Below are positions 93,501 through 108,400 of a stretch of DNA of 248,000 bases, in pieces (position 1 is the stretch's first letter; every line of letters starts with the position of its first letter). Origin of the DNA: Rhodosorus marinus CCMP1338 (lineage: Eukaryota > Plantae > Rhodophyta); assembly GCA_029953675.1 (NCBI GenBank), contig JAMWBK010000004.1:1012001-1260000 (forward strand). Reading direction: 5' to 3'. Both the position numbers and the translations under genes were made by a program. The notes below the pieces were generated by a model, which saw only the letters and a list, made by a program, of their open reading frames with translations, was not told where the DNA came from and made no database searches.

Positions 93501-94530
93501 CCACGACATCCTCAAACGCTCTACGGTGACTCTCCTGAGAGAATAGTTGTTGTACGGACCAATCGAGGGGAGGGTTGAGGGAGGCCGGAACGGCAGCAGC
93601 TTACCTAAGGGCTAGCTTCCACAGCATTAAGAACAACTGTCGAATTCTCCCGAGAAGGTCCACGCAGACTCCTCTAGTATCAAGGGGGGTTTGTCAATGC
93701 CCTAGTATGGTTGGCTAAGCTACGCAGCAGTAGAAAACCCAGTAAGAGAATGGCAGCGCAGAAACTCCTCACCTGTTCCAGATATGTTGACATCCGTAAC
93801 AGATAGACGGTGTCTTTGCAGGTTAACACCTGTCAAACATGCAGGGCAACCCATGCAAACTAGAATGACAGCTCAGAGACTAACGTCTGTCGGGTCATTC
93901 TCTCCCAGGGTTTTCCACTCTTGCCTTCATCTTTTCTGCTTTCATTCTAATTGAAAGTCATTCTCTTGTTCATCTATTTCGTTTCTCAAGCGTCTGGGAC
94001 ATTCTCATGCTATTGCCGTACGCTGCGTCTTTCCAAGCCTGCGGCAACTTACTCGTGCAATCTCCGTATAATCTCCGGGCTTCCGTCGTGGACAATGTCA
94101 CGATGACCGCCAAGGTAGAGCGGAGCTGGTGGTCTTGCTCTTGCTGTTGTACACTGGGACTGAAAGCGATGAGTGCGCAGCAGGGATTAGATTGCTAGGC
94201 GGCTTGACATACTCTGAGACACATCAACCTTGTCCCATCCGTCGAGCTGTCCAGATGTGACAAAGGGGGGGAAGGGTTTGGTCTTGGTATTGGTCGGGCT
94301 TCCCTTGAAGCGGCTTTCGTGGGCCGAGGCCTTTATTTCTCGATCAGTGGCGTTCTTGGTTCGTAGGCCCCATAGGTTCATGGAAAAAGCAACAAAGTAA
94401 GAGGAGGACAAATTGGGATGGATTCTCTTTCCTGGTCTCCAGGCGAATAGACCAATCAAAGCACTTTCCCACATGGCCACCCTCGAAGATCCCCAATTCC
94501 TCCCTTCGAAGCATTCTAGTAAGACGGCTT

Positions 94531-95562
94531 TCAGTTCTCAAGGACAACACCTCTCTGCTCGGTGTGAAGGACCTTACCGCCTTTGTTACTAATAGTGACG
94601 CGAATTATGTAGTTCGTGTTTTCTTTGAGGTCACCGTAGGTCAACGTGAGCGTGACACTTCCCGGGCCAGGAGCGACATTCGCCTTGGCCTGACTGAGAC
94701 GCCTCCTCGTGTTTCTCAGTTCAGCCTTAACCACACGGCCGTTAGAGACGTCCGATTTCGCGACATAGTAAACCTTCACGGGGAGACTCCCACTGCCTGG
94801 AATGGTCTGGTACTTGCTGAGAAGCGAAGCGTGATCGTAGAGTCGTAAAAATACGGGTTGTTCCACTGTTTGACCTCCCATTTCAGCGACTACCGTATAG
94901 GGTCCGTTCGCTCCAGTAAGCCCGCTATACTTCAGAGGGCCAATATTCAGCATATCCCCATAGCCACGACCAATGTTCACCGTCTTCTCAGCAACTACAC
95001 CGCCTCCGCCGTTTTGCAGACGGACAGAGAGAGTTCCCGCTGCGGTGCTGCCCCAGCTGACCCTCGCCCAGTAGGGTCCTCTGCCAGTGATCTTCCCGCG
95101 GTTAACGTTCGGTGGGATTTGAAGAGAGTTGGAAGTTGGAGGCGTAGGCCTGTTCTCTGCCTTGGCGACATAGAGATCTGTTGCAAGAGGGTTTCCGAAG
95201 TCACCGCCAGGTTGCAGCACATCCGCTCGGACTACATAGAACTGTCCGGTCTGGAGTGGTGGATTGAAGAACGCTAGTAGCACATCACGCTGCCCGGATC
95301 CCGCCCCGACAGAGATTTTCTTGAACTTGTTGAACCCAGCCGATGACACCGGTTTGATGAAAACAATGATTTCGGTAGCTGCACTGCTCTGGTACTGCAT
95401 CATCACCTTGACACCAGAAGTCTTCACCATCTGCCTCTTGTTCACGATCGTGATGGAGGCCGGTGCCTGACGAACAGAGGTATCCAAGGACACACCTCCA
95501 TTCTCACCAAACACGGCGACGCTCAACAGGCAGAATGCCAAAACCCACAAGCGAACCCCCAT
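94531..95562 (-). CDS. Secreted protein with three tandem ~100-aa beta-rich modules
   Basis: Signal peptide; repeats of V.V.Y.S....I.V...K.SVGAGSG pattern; intronless. Confidence 0.8.
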   Translation of the reverse strand: MGVRLWVLAFCLLSVAVFGENGGVSLDTSVRQAPASITIVNKRQMVKTSGVKVMMQYQSSAATEIIVFIKPVSSAGFNKFKKISVGAGSGQRDVLLAFFNPPLQTGQFYVVRADVLQPGGDFGNPLATDLYVAKAENRPTPPTSNSLQIPPNVNRGKITGRGPYWARVSWGSTAAGTLSVRLQNGGGGVVAEKTVNIGRGYGDMLNIGPLKYSGLTGANGPYTVVAEMGGQTVEQPVFLRLYDHASLLSKYQTIPGSGSLPVKVYYVAKSDVSNGRVVKAELRNTRRRLSQAKANVAPGPGSVTLTLTYGDLKENTNYIIRVTISNKGGKVLHTEQRGVVLEN

Positions 95563-98500
95563 TTTTCTCGCTCAACTAACAAGATCAAGGAACAAGGCAA
95601 AAGCCTAAAACACAAGCAACAAACAGTAAACAAACAGGACTCTTAACCCGCACCCCGTTCAACTCCCTCCCCCCCTGCCACTATCAAACACGGTTCTATA
95701 TAGATATGTACATTCATGCAGATCGGCTAACTTCTTACAGTCAAAAATCGCCCACGCACATCTCCTAGATCATTTCTTGACGGAAAAACTCCCCCGGCAA
95801 TAAACGTTTTTTTTTTTCTTTTGCGTCATGAACAGGAACTGCCCTACGTGTTTTTCAACCCGAATAACCAAAAAAACCAACAAAAAAACCAACCGGATCC
95901 GGTTACATTCTCAAAATACGATTAAATTTTGCTTGACCTTCGCGATGAGAGGCCTGCTGGCCCCACTCGGAATTTGGAGGTTGAGAATCCAAGCAGCCGA
96001 ATTGAATTTTGATCAGATATAAAAACGGTAAATTAACTGTTAAATACGTTAATTGTAACGGATTATCTTAATTGTTTTTACCAAAACATTTAGATTTTAG
96101 ATTTTCTGGGTTATCGTAGACGGTTTTTCGGTTGAAATTGGCTGGACAGGGGTTGGGTCGATTAATATTCCACCGTAGAATGGACTGCATAAACGAGTTC
96201 AAGATGCCATTAATTCACGTTTATTTATATATTATCGTTTATTCTGTTTTATTATATCGTATATAAACTTTCAAGTGTTTTCGGAGAAGAGGGGGAGATG
96301 TTGGGGTCTAAGCCAGAGGTCAGTTAAAAAATTGAATTCGAGTTGGAGGCGGGAAATATCTGTCTTGGAAATTTTCTTCCAACGGAACTGTTCTATAAAT
96401 ACTGAAAATTACATGATAAGTTCTAACCTGCGCTAGCAATTATTCTTTCCAACTGTTTGTTTTGGAAAGCGAGCGAACTTTTTCAATCTAAAACCGTTAT
96501 AAGAAATCTGATGATCACAAATATAGAATTTCTGTTCTCTAAGATGTTTGTCCATAGATTAATAAATACCGTGCTATGGATATATATAGGCTGCCTCCTT
96601 TTTGTAAGCTTCTGGCAATTCCCGGCTGTCTCATTTGGAAAGAAAAAATTAGAAGTAGAGCAAGCCCCAGCTCAAATGCAATCAGAGAAATAGTCGTAAT
96701 AACTTGATATATTTTGAAAAAACAGGACCCTTTTCCAGGGGAAAAAAATCTCCAGCTCAGGAGCTCCTTACAACATAGCAAATATACATATACGTATACA
96801 TAATACGGTTATATACTTTTCAAAATATTTTTGTTTTTTGTGGGTTTATTGTAATTATAAATATACGGTGTTTCGTTTTCTAGTCGTGGCTTTTGGTTTG
96901 CTTTTTTTTCGCCTTTTGGCATCAAGGGTTCAAAAAAAAGGTTCATATTGAATATATGTATGCAATATTTATAATACGGTTTCGTATACTTTATTTTATT
97001 GATTAATTAATATATAAAAATTAATTACGGTCTGCGGGCATCGGGTGTAGTATTGTTTAGTAGTAGTTTTATTATGGAGGGGAGGAGGTTGAGACCAAGG
97101 AGTGGGATATCAACAGCTGATGGTGAACAAAGTTCACCGCCGCTTCTTCCTCTGGACTGCGACTGAACTTGTTTTTATAAGAATATTTGTTTCCGCGTAC
97201 TACCCCGTTTTGTTTTTGAATGTTTCCATAGTTGCGAGCTCGCAAAGGGGAAGCTACCATCCCACAACGGACCGGGAAAGGAACGAAGAGCGTTCCCGGG
97301 GGGGAAGGAGTTCGCCGATTAAAAGCCTGCGCGCACTCCCACAAGTAGCCAAGAGCTACAAGACCTGGCTATCTTGTTTGACTGTTTCGGTAAAAATTTG
97401 GCAGTAAAGATGGTCCGAGGGGAAGCGTGTATCGCGCAACACATATGTCTATATTCATTAATTAGCAGGTTAATAGACACTAGCATAGGGATTTCTGCTA
97501 CTTTTAGACACAAGGCGACCGAAAACTCCGTATGCAAACTTATCAGTGTTAGTGTCGATATATATTCAATGTTCGTAGAAGGGCGACCACCACTAGTTTT
97601 GAAATACACTTATTGGAACTGGATTTCCGCACGGTACGAATGACCCACGCCCGTGGTAAGGGCTGAATGAGCGCAAACGTACTAGCCACATAAGGTGTCG
97701 ATAAATAATCCCAATTCAATAGTTATCTAGGGCGAAATCGTCGTATTCCTCCTAATTGTCTCGGTTTTTAGGGCTATAGCTCAGACCTTGGTCTAGATGA
97801 ATTTGTTTGATAGGAGACTGAAGAAAAACCCCCCAGGCAAAAAAAGACTAAGCGGACGAAGATCGCCGGTGTTCGCGGAACAATTCCCGAAGCCACCCGT
97901 GGTCTAAATGAGGGTCGAGTGGTGACCAATGCTAAGGGCATAACTAAGCCCTAAATGTACCTCTCTGAATAATTTAGTAACGAAGAAAGCATACAGCCAG
98001 CAGTGGGAAGGCTGTACGCTGTGCCAGGTGACTGAGCCGTGGCAATGTTTGTCTCGCCAGGCTCTTCCTTGGGAACCAGTAGCATGGCGCGCACGAGGAG
98101 GCTGAATAGTTTGTTGGCAACTTTTCTCCTGGTTTCTGAAGCGTGTCGGTGACTAACAGTGCTGCGCCGGCTGGTGTTCTGTTTGAGACATCCCTTGCCA
98201 CTGTGGTGGTGCCGAGCCAGCAACCCCCCAAGGTCCTGTGGGTGTGGATTTCTGGTATCTAGATTCACCGAGGCACCTCTGCGTTTCCATCCTGCACTAA
98301 ATGCAATAGATATTTCCCGAGCGGGAATAGATTCTCTTGGGTGGGGTTTTTTGAGATGTTGGTTTTTTCTTTCCTGGACCTTTTGGACTTCTAGAGAGAT
98401 CAAGACAACGTTCTTTTTTTCTTGGAGAAAATGCTTTGAATATGGCTTATAGCAGAACACCTCCACGTCGTGACGCCGACCCCTAGCGATGGCCAACCGC

Positions 98501-101500
98501 TCCTTCTTTGCGAGCATCCAGGGTCAGGACTACATGACCAAGGAGGACATCAGTACTTTTGTGTAACGCCCGGCCCAAGGATCCGATCCGAAGCAACGCT
98601 CAACATGCATGGGACTGGGAGTGCCTGGCAGGGCTACAGAGATACTGGCTGCCGCAGCTACACTTCTTCGATCACCACGTCTATATAATCGCCCATCACA
98701 CCACGATCCAACTGCTCCGCGACTCTGCCAGCGCCGTGCACTTCAAACCTACCCGAGGCCACCTCCCCCGGGATCGATGCATCCAAGCGGTGAAGCTCTG
98801 AACCTCGCCACCCTGAAGCAGGAGAACGAACCTTGCCGAAGGAGCCGAAGAAGCCGATCCCTCACCTTGGAAACGTGGTTTTATTCAACAAACCCTCTCC
98901 AAGGAGGCACACCATGGAGCTTTCCAAAGGCTGGCTCCCACGAGCAAATTTCACATGAAGATCGGGCCAGAATTCAGTCCGCAGCTGGAGCCGGATCGAG
99001 AGTGTGGTTACGGGAAATGCCGACGCTCGCGCCGAAAAAAGCTGAGTTTAGCAGAACTGAAGTGAATAAACGACAGCTGTTGGGTTTGCAAATACCGGGA
99101 ATGAATTTATTTAATCGGAGGCTGAAAGAAAAAAGCCCCGAAGGGAAAACAAGACTAAGCGCGGCGAAGATCGCGCGCCTCCAATATCAAAAAGGCGTTC
99201 ATACGCCACAGTAAGAAACTTAAACCGGTAAACAACGAGGACAGACGGTCGGGCGATCGCGGAACAATTCCCGAAGCCAACGAGAACCAACGGAATCCAT
99301 AAGCCCAAAGCAGTCAATGACCAGAGGTACCAGGCGATGAGCTAGAGCCAGAGCACGAATCCCTGGGGAAGACAAGACCCCCGCATATTTCTACTATTTG
99401 CGACGTCTCATATTGGCAGCGGCAAATCCACGGCGCTCTCCCGCAGCCGGCAAATAGCGACTAGTTTGAGGGTTAGGAACGGGAAGATCAATGTAGGTCG
99501 TACGGCGGCTATCGTCACAGGTGACCGCGAGGTCAGCCACGCGGCGTTCATCATTCTGGTACTGGGAAACGGCGTCGGCCAAGTGTGAATGTGATAATGG
99601 GGCACGCCCTATGAGAGGGCCGTCCCTATCTGCCCTAGGCATATTGCGGTACTAATTTCAACGGCCTTGTCCGAATTTGTGCCCTATCCTACAGCCAAAT
99701 CGTCGATCATAACCGGTCCGCTCAAACTGTGATAACCTATCGCAGGCCGTGTGCAAGCCCCTATGCAAGCCCTATGGCCCTACGCCGGATGTTCTTCGGT
99801 GCGAACTCTAGGAGCCAATGAGAAGTTGTGGACTCGATGGGATGGGGTACGAGCTCGTAGATCGCTTCTGTTGGATGGTTAAGGGAGTAAGACGGATTAT
99901 GGTCGAACTTAGGGGTGTTATGGCGGAGGTGTGGTTGAAGTACATAGGTCTGCGGTTTCGAGTCTGACGTTTTAGCTATTGTTTTATCATGCACCCTTGA
100001 TCAAGCGAAGAGCTCTTCGTTTTAGAGAGCTGAGACGTACTATGATTGTTAAACGCGTTCCTTGTTTGCAGTCGATGGTAGCCAGGAGAGTTGTGGTCGA
100101 GTTCCTCCCCGGAGAACTGGCTGCGGTATCGTTTTCAATGGCGTGTTTATGTTTGGTTTGTGACTTACCACACCCGTTTACCACACGTTGAGTCCTTTTT
100201 TTTTGACTGCTTTCTGTTGCGGAGCATCTCTTCTCCTCCCATTGTTCGTTACTTTGAGAAGCGGATGCAAAAGTATCTCTTCGCTCTCTCCCAGCTTGGC
100301 TTTCTCCTCTAAGATCGTGTCCGAGATATCAGGATCAAGATGTGCTAAAGTATCAACCTCATCAACATTTTCTGGTACAGAATTTGTTTTCAAGCCTTCC
100401 TTTCCTGCTTCCGTTCTGGGAGCTGGTGAAGCCGTTGTTTACCCGGTTCGCATTGACTCTACCTCAAAGTTTCAATAGTGTATGAAGTTGAAATGTTCAT
100501 CATCATCCGTTTATTCAGAGCCTAAGTACCCCAAGGAAAAGCGAATGTTCCGTGAATTTCTGCTCACCGCAAGACACCAACGGCTAAGCAGGGAAGCATG
100601 CCGAGCGATGCAAGCTAGCATACTACAAGGAGGGCGTGGCGACGGAGCGTCCAGATAATTCATTCCGATTGCCGTCGAAACGTTCGGCCTGGCCAGATGA
100701 CCTAGGATTTTCTGCGAGAAGCCTGTGGTCACCTGCTGACCAAGCTGGACGAGCTGAGCACCACGAGGGCGCAAATCAACAGATTACCTTGGACGGAGAA
100801 CGCAGAGCTTGTGATCTTTGCGGGTGGATCAGTCGGACCAGTCACTGATCGCTTATTTTTCTTTTCGTCGCAGCTAAAGACCCCGGGGTGTGGAGTTAAG
100901 TTTAATCAATTTCCCTCGATAGTAAGCGCTCCCCACAGTGAAGGAAGCGCTGGATAGTTTCACACCCTCGTACAGGTTGTCCCCTCTTCATCACCGCAAT
101001 GTTTAGGTTCGCCGTCTCAAGCAAGGCCTGCTCCTCTGGCCATTTTTCAGTCTCAATTCCTGAGTGAGCGGGCATTACCACTTCCCGAATGATCGCGTGT
101101 TGTACCAAAAATAACTTATTCGTGAAGGTATGCTCTGTACGTTTCGTTCTCCTTCGACGCCAAAAGCGGGGAAAATGACCCGGCCAGAAAATTATAACAA
101201 TGAGAATTGCCGCCAACCGAGGTGGAAACAAAAATCAACTTTTTCGCGGCAACCCAAATGCTATCGAAAGTCCTCTTTTTTTCCTGGACGCATAGAAACG
101301 GTATTGACGGCTGTGGCAGCAGGAGTATTCGATGACCACGACACCAAACAATGCCAAAGCACGTGGAAATATTGATTGATAGTAGACGATTGCCGCAATA
101401 TTGACTGCTTTCCGTTGAAATCCTTCCATTTCCTGCAGATTCGGCAGACTCGCGTTGGCTAGTAGAGCCAGGATTCAATTACTATTTATTACAGGCGATA

Positions 101501-104500
101501 AACACTGCCTTTTAGATATAAATCTTCGGGAGTTGTTCCGCGAACGCCCTGACCGTCTTCAATCGTTGTTTACCCGCTTAAGTTTCCTGCTGTGGCGCAT
101601 GAATGCCGCTTTGATGTTGGAGGCGCGAGTACTTCGCCGCGCTTAGTCTTTTTTTCCGCTCGGGGGTTTTTTTTTTCAGCCTCCGATTAAACCATTCGTT
101701 CGTTCGTTAGATATAAAAGAATCCTTTTCGGTGAATTTTTTTGCTTAACCACGACGATTCCAGGTCGGATGCTTGGTGTTTATTTAATGGTTTATTTTCC
101801 CAGGCAGTTGAAAATAGTTGATATTATTGGCCGCTGCGGTAGCTCTTTCTTCGGGACACGCCAAACGTTGCTATATGTGGAGGTGAAACGAGGTAAGAAA
101901 AGGGTGATACCTGAAAATCAATTGTAAAAAACAAAGTTATCGGAATCGGGAAGGTCCTATAACTTCATTGGTTAATACGAAATGTTCTTGTCCAATGAAA
102001 TAGTTGTTTCTGCTGACAAAGAGCCTATCGTTTTGTTTTCGTAAGATTCATGTCGTGACTAAGTAGTGGGTCGGGTTTCTTGTATAGGAGAAATCTTTTT
102101 GTTCGGCGAAGTACAATTATCAAAGAAATTTGTTCTTCTTTTTTTTTGGTGGTGGGGGCAACACGCGTCAGGACGGCAGTCGCGTCGGGCTGTTTGACGG
102201 TGAAATACCACTTTTTATTGGCGAAGATAGACGGCGGTACGTGAAAAAGAGAAGAACTAGAAAAGCACTGGCGTGGTAGACAAATCAAAAACAGTTGATG
102301 GGTTTGTTTGTATATTGGCAATAATTGCCCTGAGATGTCGTTGGGTGTGTAGCAGGATCAGGATACTAAAGCGTCCATGGAAATGAATAGCCTGAATGAG
102401 AGAGGCTAAGCAGGAACTGGAGATGGGTAATACAATTCCCGCCATTATTGCTCCTCGTACAAATTGATTGTACGGACTCTGCTAGTCGCAAGCGGGGATG
102501 CCCCAACCGGATGTTGCTCTGAGATCTGCATTGTGGTTTAGTCGCGGCTTTATGGGCTTCGAAGAGGTGCGCTGCCAAACCAGTTACCGACTCACTACTC
102601 CGATCAAAACTCTGAAATTCTTCCCTGCCCAGGGAACTTCCTAAATGGCAGTGTAGCGGAAACGCTGAAACTGTTGGACAGCGCATGGATTCACGATCAT
102701 CCCCTCGCTTCGCAATAGTACGCACATATAAGCTCAGTAGCAGAGATCAGCAGAAACCCCAGAGTACAGCGGAGACAACTCCCAGCTGAGAAGATGTTTT
102801 CCACGGAAGGCCTACGCTCGATTAACTCTCGGACGAAGGTTCACCATGCACCAACTATTACGGCAGAACCAAACGTTCCATTCTCCTGCTGCACCTCCCA
102901 CACGTTCTGTCTCAACCAAACTCCCCTCCTGAAAATTGATCAGTGCTCTACATACTATCAACACACCAATCATCTACTATCACTAGACATCCGTCCCACT
103001 TCTCTAGAGAGGATGTGACGATCCAGCAGTCCAGCATTCCAAGCAATGTCCCGCTGAGCTAAATCTGCTCACCCCGTTAAATTTCTCCAGATCCTCGGCT
103101 TCTTGCGTGTATGTCCGCTTTGTCTGCATGTCCAGATCTTCTGTTTCAGGATCTTCCAGTTGTTTTTCTGTAGATTTCTCTGAGGTTTTGGGGTCCTCCG
103201 AGTTTTTGGAGAACGTCAGGTTTGACGGCGAAAACAAGAGCGGGGTTACGTTAGTACCTTGGGGGGCCGGCTAAGCACTCATCGCGGGAACTCAAAATTC
103301 ACCCGAAGTTTCTTCCTTTTTTGTCCCGTCTGGTTCGTCATTTGTCATGAGGTGGGTCACCACCAATTTCTAAAAAAACGTGTCAGCACATCCTTTTCAC
103401 TGAAACGACAATGTTTTCAATTTCGTTTTCTTCTCTTTTGTCTGGTGTGCAGACTAAAGCGGAGGGAGGGAGGTGGTCCCATCGTGACAAACGAAATTTC
103501 TCGTATCGATTCAGACTCGTGAGGAAGTGAGTGGATATCGAAACGAAACGAAATTTCTCGTATCGATTCAGACTCGTGAGGAAGTGAGTGGATAGCACGG
103601 ACTCGTTGGTGAATAGTGAATTTGTTTAATCGGGCAAGTCCATTCACTGAGGTCCGAAATCCCTCATTTGACGCGGGACGCCCAATTTTTTCTTTTGAGG
103701 TGCAACAAAAATAGAAAAGAGGGACGAAAACAAATCCCTCTAAACTAGCTAAAATGGAAATTTATTTTTTGAACGAGTACCACTCCACGTCAGAGACAAG
103801 AAGAGCGGCTGAACCTTCACCAACCCAAAGGCCTGTAAAAAAGAAGATATGGGAAAAGAGAGCCCGCGACAAACGTGCGCTTGTTCATTTGTAGAGGCAG
103901 CTTTTGGGTGGCCGTCCCATCCCACGCTCCCGATTGAAAAAAAGAATGGCTTTTGATGTTTTCGTTGTAGTTTTATTCCAAAACCAAGAAACGCAGCAGC
104001 GCCACAAAAAGCCGCAACCTCGAGCAATCTAGTTTATTTGATATATTTCAATCTACCGTATCTTTGAATTATATGTATCTACATACCTGGGGGTCGTGGC
104101 GAACTATTTTATTGCTTTTATATACATACCTTTTGCGATGAATTATTACCTCTTTTACATTGTTCTTCATGACCGAGAATTTCTCGTTCCGCCCCCTAAG
104201 GGTCTGACTCCACTCATCGCAACAAGAACTTCAACCCGCTGCAAACACTTCTCAATTTCGCAGCAGCATGAGAAGAATAAGTGTATATTCCTGATCCGAG
104301 CTTATCAACTGTTTCGTATTTGGCAAGATAAGTCATCCCCATACATATCCTTAGACTAACGCACTCCATAAAATCACCTTCTCTAACCCCGGCCTTCTCT
104401 CCTCTGCACCAAAGCCCTCCAGACTACCAAAATAAAGACCAAAAAGCTTGCCCACGTGTGGACCATTTCATTATACGAACTCAATTTTGTTTTCACAACG

Positions 104501-105459
104501 AATGTTAATTACTAAAAACAAAAATGATACGTGTAAATTTAATTCCAATCTACACTTCTATCACTACAGTTTACAACTTTCAAAAACACTGATAGTTTCG
104601 TGTATTTCGACCCACACATCTATTAGAAAACCAAAATTTCGGGAAGCTGTCAGACCATCTGCACCACGTGAATTGGGAACGGTTAAATGATACCTCCGAG
104701 TTGTTACCACGTAAAACAAAAATAGATACGACGTGGTGTGTCGAATTTCTTTGCAATTAAATAAAAAAATTCTGTTGAGGAGGAATGAGACTTTTGAAGG
104801 GGGAGGAAGGGGGTGGGGGAGGAGGAGAGTATTTGTTCAACAAGTACCAAACCCGTCCCCCCCTTCGACGTGTCTAGGATGATAAACTCTCAACAGACCT
104901 AGCAAAATGTATTTCTTCATGGGAACAACGTACAAACCCTCACAGAAGGCTCTTATTGAGATATATATTCATGCTGCAAAACACAATCACCCCCCTTTGT
105001 TGCTGAATGCCAATTATCTCCAAGTTTCCATCCAAGGGGTTGGCGGGAGGAGGGGAGGGGATGGAGGCTTGGTGAAAATTGGCATCTTGCTCGGCTTTGA
105101 GAGAGTCAAGTCTTGGAGACAATTTTTGCTTTGCTTTCCTCTGGCTCTCGTTCAGATGATTGAGTTGAGGTGATGAGTTAGTGTTCACACTTGTGACTCA
105201 CTCTCTCTTCTCTCTCGCAGGACACCCACCCGGGAGTGTTAATTTTCCAGCAAACCAGAGTTGAGGTGCATTGGGAAGTTGTATAGAAATGGTTCATAGG
105301 TATATTGAAAGGCTGGGGGTGGAGACGGGAGTTGGGTGAGAGGAGAGTTGGGGTGAGCGAACCAATGGTGATATTTGCGCAATGCGGTAGGTAGCTGCCT
105401 AGTACAAGGCTACTGGGCGGGGGGAAGGTTTTGGGGTAATATATTAGGCTTTTTTCAAA

Positions 105460-108400
105460 ATGGGGAAATTTGTGTTTCTTGTTTTGGTTTTGTTGGGTTT
105501 GGTAGGATGGGGTGGGGTGGGGGGTGTGGTTGTGGAGATGGAGGATATTGTACATGAGACAGTTCTGGAGGGTGAGTTTGAGGTCCCAATAGATATTGAC
105601 TGGATTCCTGGGGATCCTCCGCGGATGATCTTGTGCGACAAGAGCGGGGTGATTTACTTGCAGATCGACGGGGTGCTGCAGTCGAAGCCTTTTTTAGATA
105701 TCTCGGATAAAGTCGTGAGCTTTGGCGATAGGGGGTTGGTGTCCTGTCTGATTGACAAGGAGTTTGAAAAGCGTCCGTTCCTGTACGTCTCCTACGTCGA
105801 CAACAGAGTCAATAATCCCGCGGATGGTCCCTTGTCCGGTAAGGTCGCCAGGTACGCAGTGGAGAGTGATCTTAGCTCTGCTTCGGAGGAGGAGGTCGTA
105901 TTGTTGGGTACGGAAACCCCGCCGCCGGAGGGATGCGGTACCACACCATCGATTGGAAAGAAGGACATCCTCTGTCTGGATACGAGACACCACAACCTCG
106001 GAGGATTGACGATGAGCCCGGGGGGAAATCTTTACGTGGGAATTGGAGATGCGGCGATGCCCGTGGTATTTGATGGGCTGCCCTTGCGGGCTCAGGATCC
106101 AGACTTTGCTGTGGGCAAGATCTACTGCATCATGCCGAACGGTTTGGCGTGTGCGGATAATCCCTTTGTGGATGACGAAGGTAACCGGACGTCGAACCGG
106201 GCAAAGCTCCACAATTATGGAACGAGGAATCCCTTCAGACTCAACTGGGACCCCGTACTTGGCGTCCCACTGGTCGGCCAGGTCGGGCACTCAACGATCG
106301 AGAGCCTGTTCCCAGGGTACCCGTTATCGAACTTTGGATGGCCGTGCATAGAAGGGAACGAGGTGAATGTAAAGACGACCGAGCAACCGGTCTGTGTGGA
106401 TATGGCGGATGGGGCAATCAAGGTGGAAAGTCCATTATGGGCATACTCCCACGACTTAGGCACGTCGATAACGGGAGCCGCGCGGTTAACCTCTTCAATC
106501 TGGCCGTCCAACCTGAGAGGTTTGATCGCGGTCTGCGACTATACTAAGCAATGGATCAAGCTCATTGAGGTGGACGAGGGTGGCATCGTCGGCAGACCTA
106601 AGGACTTGCTGTCGGACTTGAAGGGACCCGTACAGTTGAAGCAGGGTCCAGATGGGTGGCTATACTACCTATCGTTGGTTGGCAGGAAGGTGGTCAGAAT
106701 ACGCTACGAGGAGGATGAAAGCGTGCCCGAGGTGGTGAGGGTTCACCCGCCTGCCATGGCTGAGAACGTGGAGGTCACTGAGGTGTTGAGAGTCAAATTC
106801 TCCAAGCAGATCGACGAGCGGACAATCAGCGGGCAGAATATTTGGGCGGCCAAACGAGCGACCGAGGAGCGGGTGGAAGCGACGCTGGAATGGGATCCGG
106901 CGACGAAGGAAGTGGTTATTCGGCCTGTGAGTCGACTTTATAAAATGACATACTATGTGGTGACGGTGCTGGCGGACATTGAGGATGGTCGGGGCCAGAA
107001 ACTGAAGAGCAAATTTATGTCAAGCTTCATGACGGGAACTGGCCTCTCGGTCTACCTGTCGGACCTTCCTTTCCTAACGGAGCAAAACGGCATCAAGTCC
107101 GTGCCGGTGCTCCGTGACCTTCAGCAGTTTCTGGATTTGGAGCAAGTACAACCTCCCATATCCTTGCGGGGGGTGAGTTACGAAAAAGGTATTGGCGTGG
107201 TATGCCGTTCTACAGTTAAAGTTGCGCTTCCCGAGGAGTGCAAGAGGTTCCAGTCGTACGTCGGAGTGGATGATCTGAGGAAGGCGTTGGAGACCGTCGA
107301 GCTATTTTTCAAGGTGCGCAAGTTTTCTCCTGGTGCTGGTGCAGAGACGCTCTACGAGGACATATCTGCGTTGACCAGATCCAAACGGGCCAAGCTTATC
107401 GATGTGAATGTGAGAGGGGCGGAAACGGTGACGATAAGCTGCCGAAAGTCGGATGTAACGAGGTTCGGCCTGGCCATAGGATCTTGGGCCGATGCTAAGT
107501 TCAGATGCGGCGATTACGATAGAAATAGGCCCGAGGTTGTGAGGATGGAACCGGTGGGGCGCCTCAGGATATGGGAAGCCATCACCGTGGTCTTCAGCGA
107601 GCCCATGGACATAATCAGCTCACTAGAGGCCACTGAAATGCTGCTTCCTATTGCACTTGGCGGGTACGAGATTGGCTTTACCGCCAAGTTCAGTGCGGAC
107701 CAAACGCAGATGATCATCCAACCCAACCAGCAGCTGCTCTACGACACCACTTACCTGGTGACGATCAAATCGTCCGCGCGGGATCTTGCTGGGAACGAAC
107801 TTCGTGGCGACGTCAAGCACGAGTTTATGACGACGACCATCTACCCCCGGGGACTGAAAGTTCGACTAGCTGAGCTCACCGTGCAGGTGGTGGATCCGCC
107901 GGAAGCGTTCACCACTTCCAGCGAAGGCAGAAACGCGGTCCTCAGACTCAGATCCGATGTGAGCGTCGAGTACATGGCCCCCGGAGTATGCAGGACGCTC
108001 AAGATGAATGTCGCAGCAAATCCATCCGGCTCGGACCTAGACTTCAAGGTCACCGGCGACCGGGGACAGAGTCTCTGCCGGTCTCGTGGGATTCGTGGTT
108101 CGGATGAACCGATCCATCTGGAGTGCAGTCTCAAAGATCAGAACACGTTCAAGCTGGTCGCCACCGGCGGAACGGGCGTTGTGCGCGTCCTCGATGCGGT
108201 GCTGGAGTGTTCCAGCGAGGCCAAACAGTCGCGGTGCCTTTTCGACTCGGATATGCCAGAGTCCTTCCGCGTGCACGACAATATCAGCTTTGGCGCGAAA
108301 TGCTACAACTATAAAGGCGACCTGATCCCGGCGTCCATGTACGTATTCACAGTTAAGCTGATCCACTGCCAGACGATCTGTCATGCGCACGTTGAGCTCG

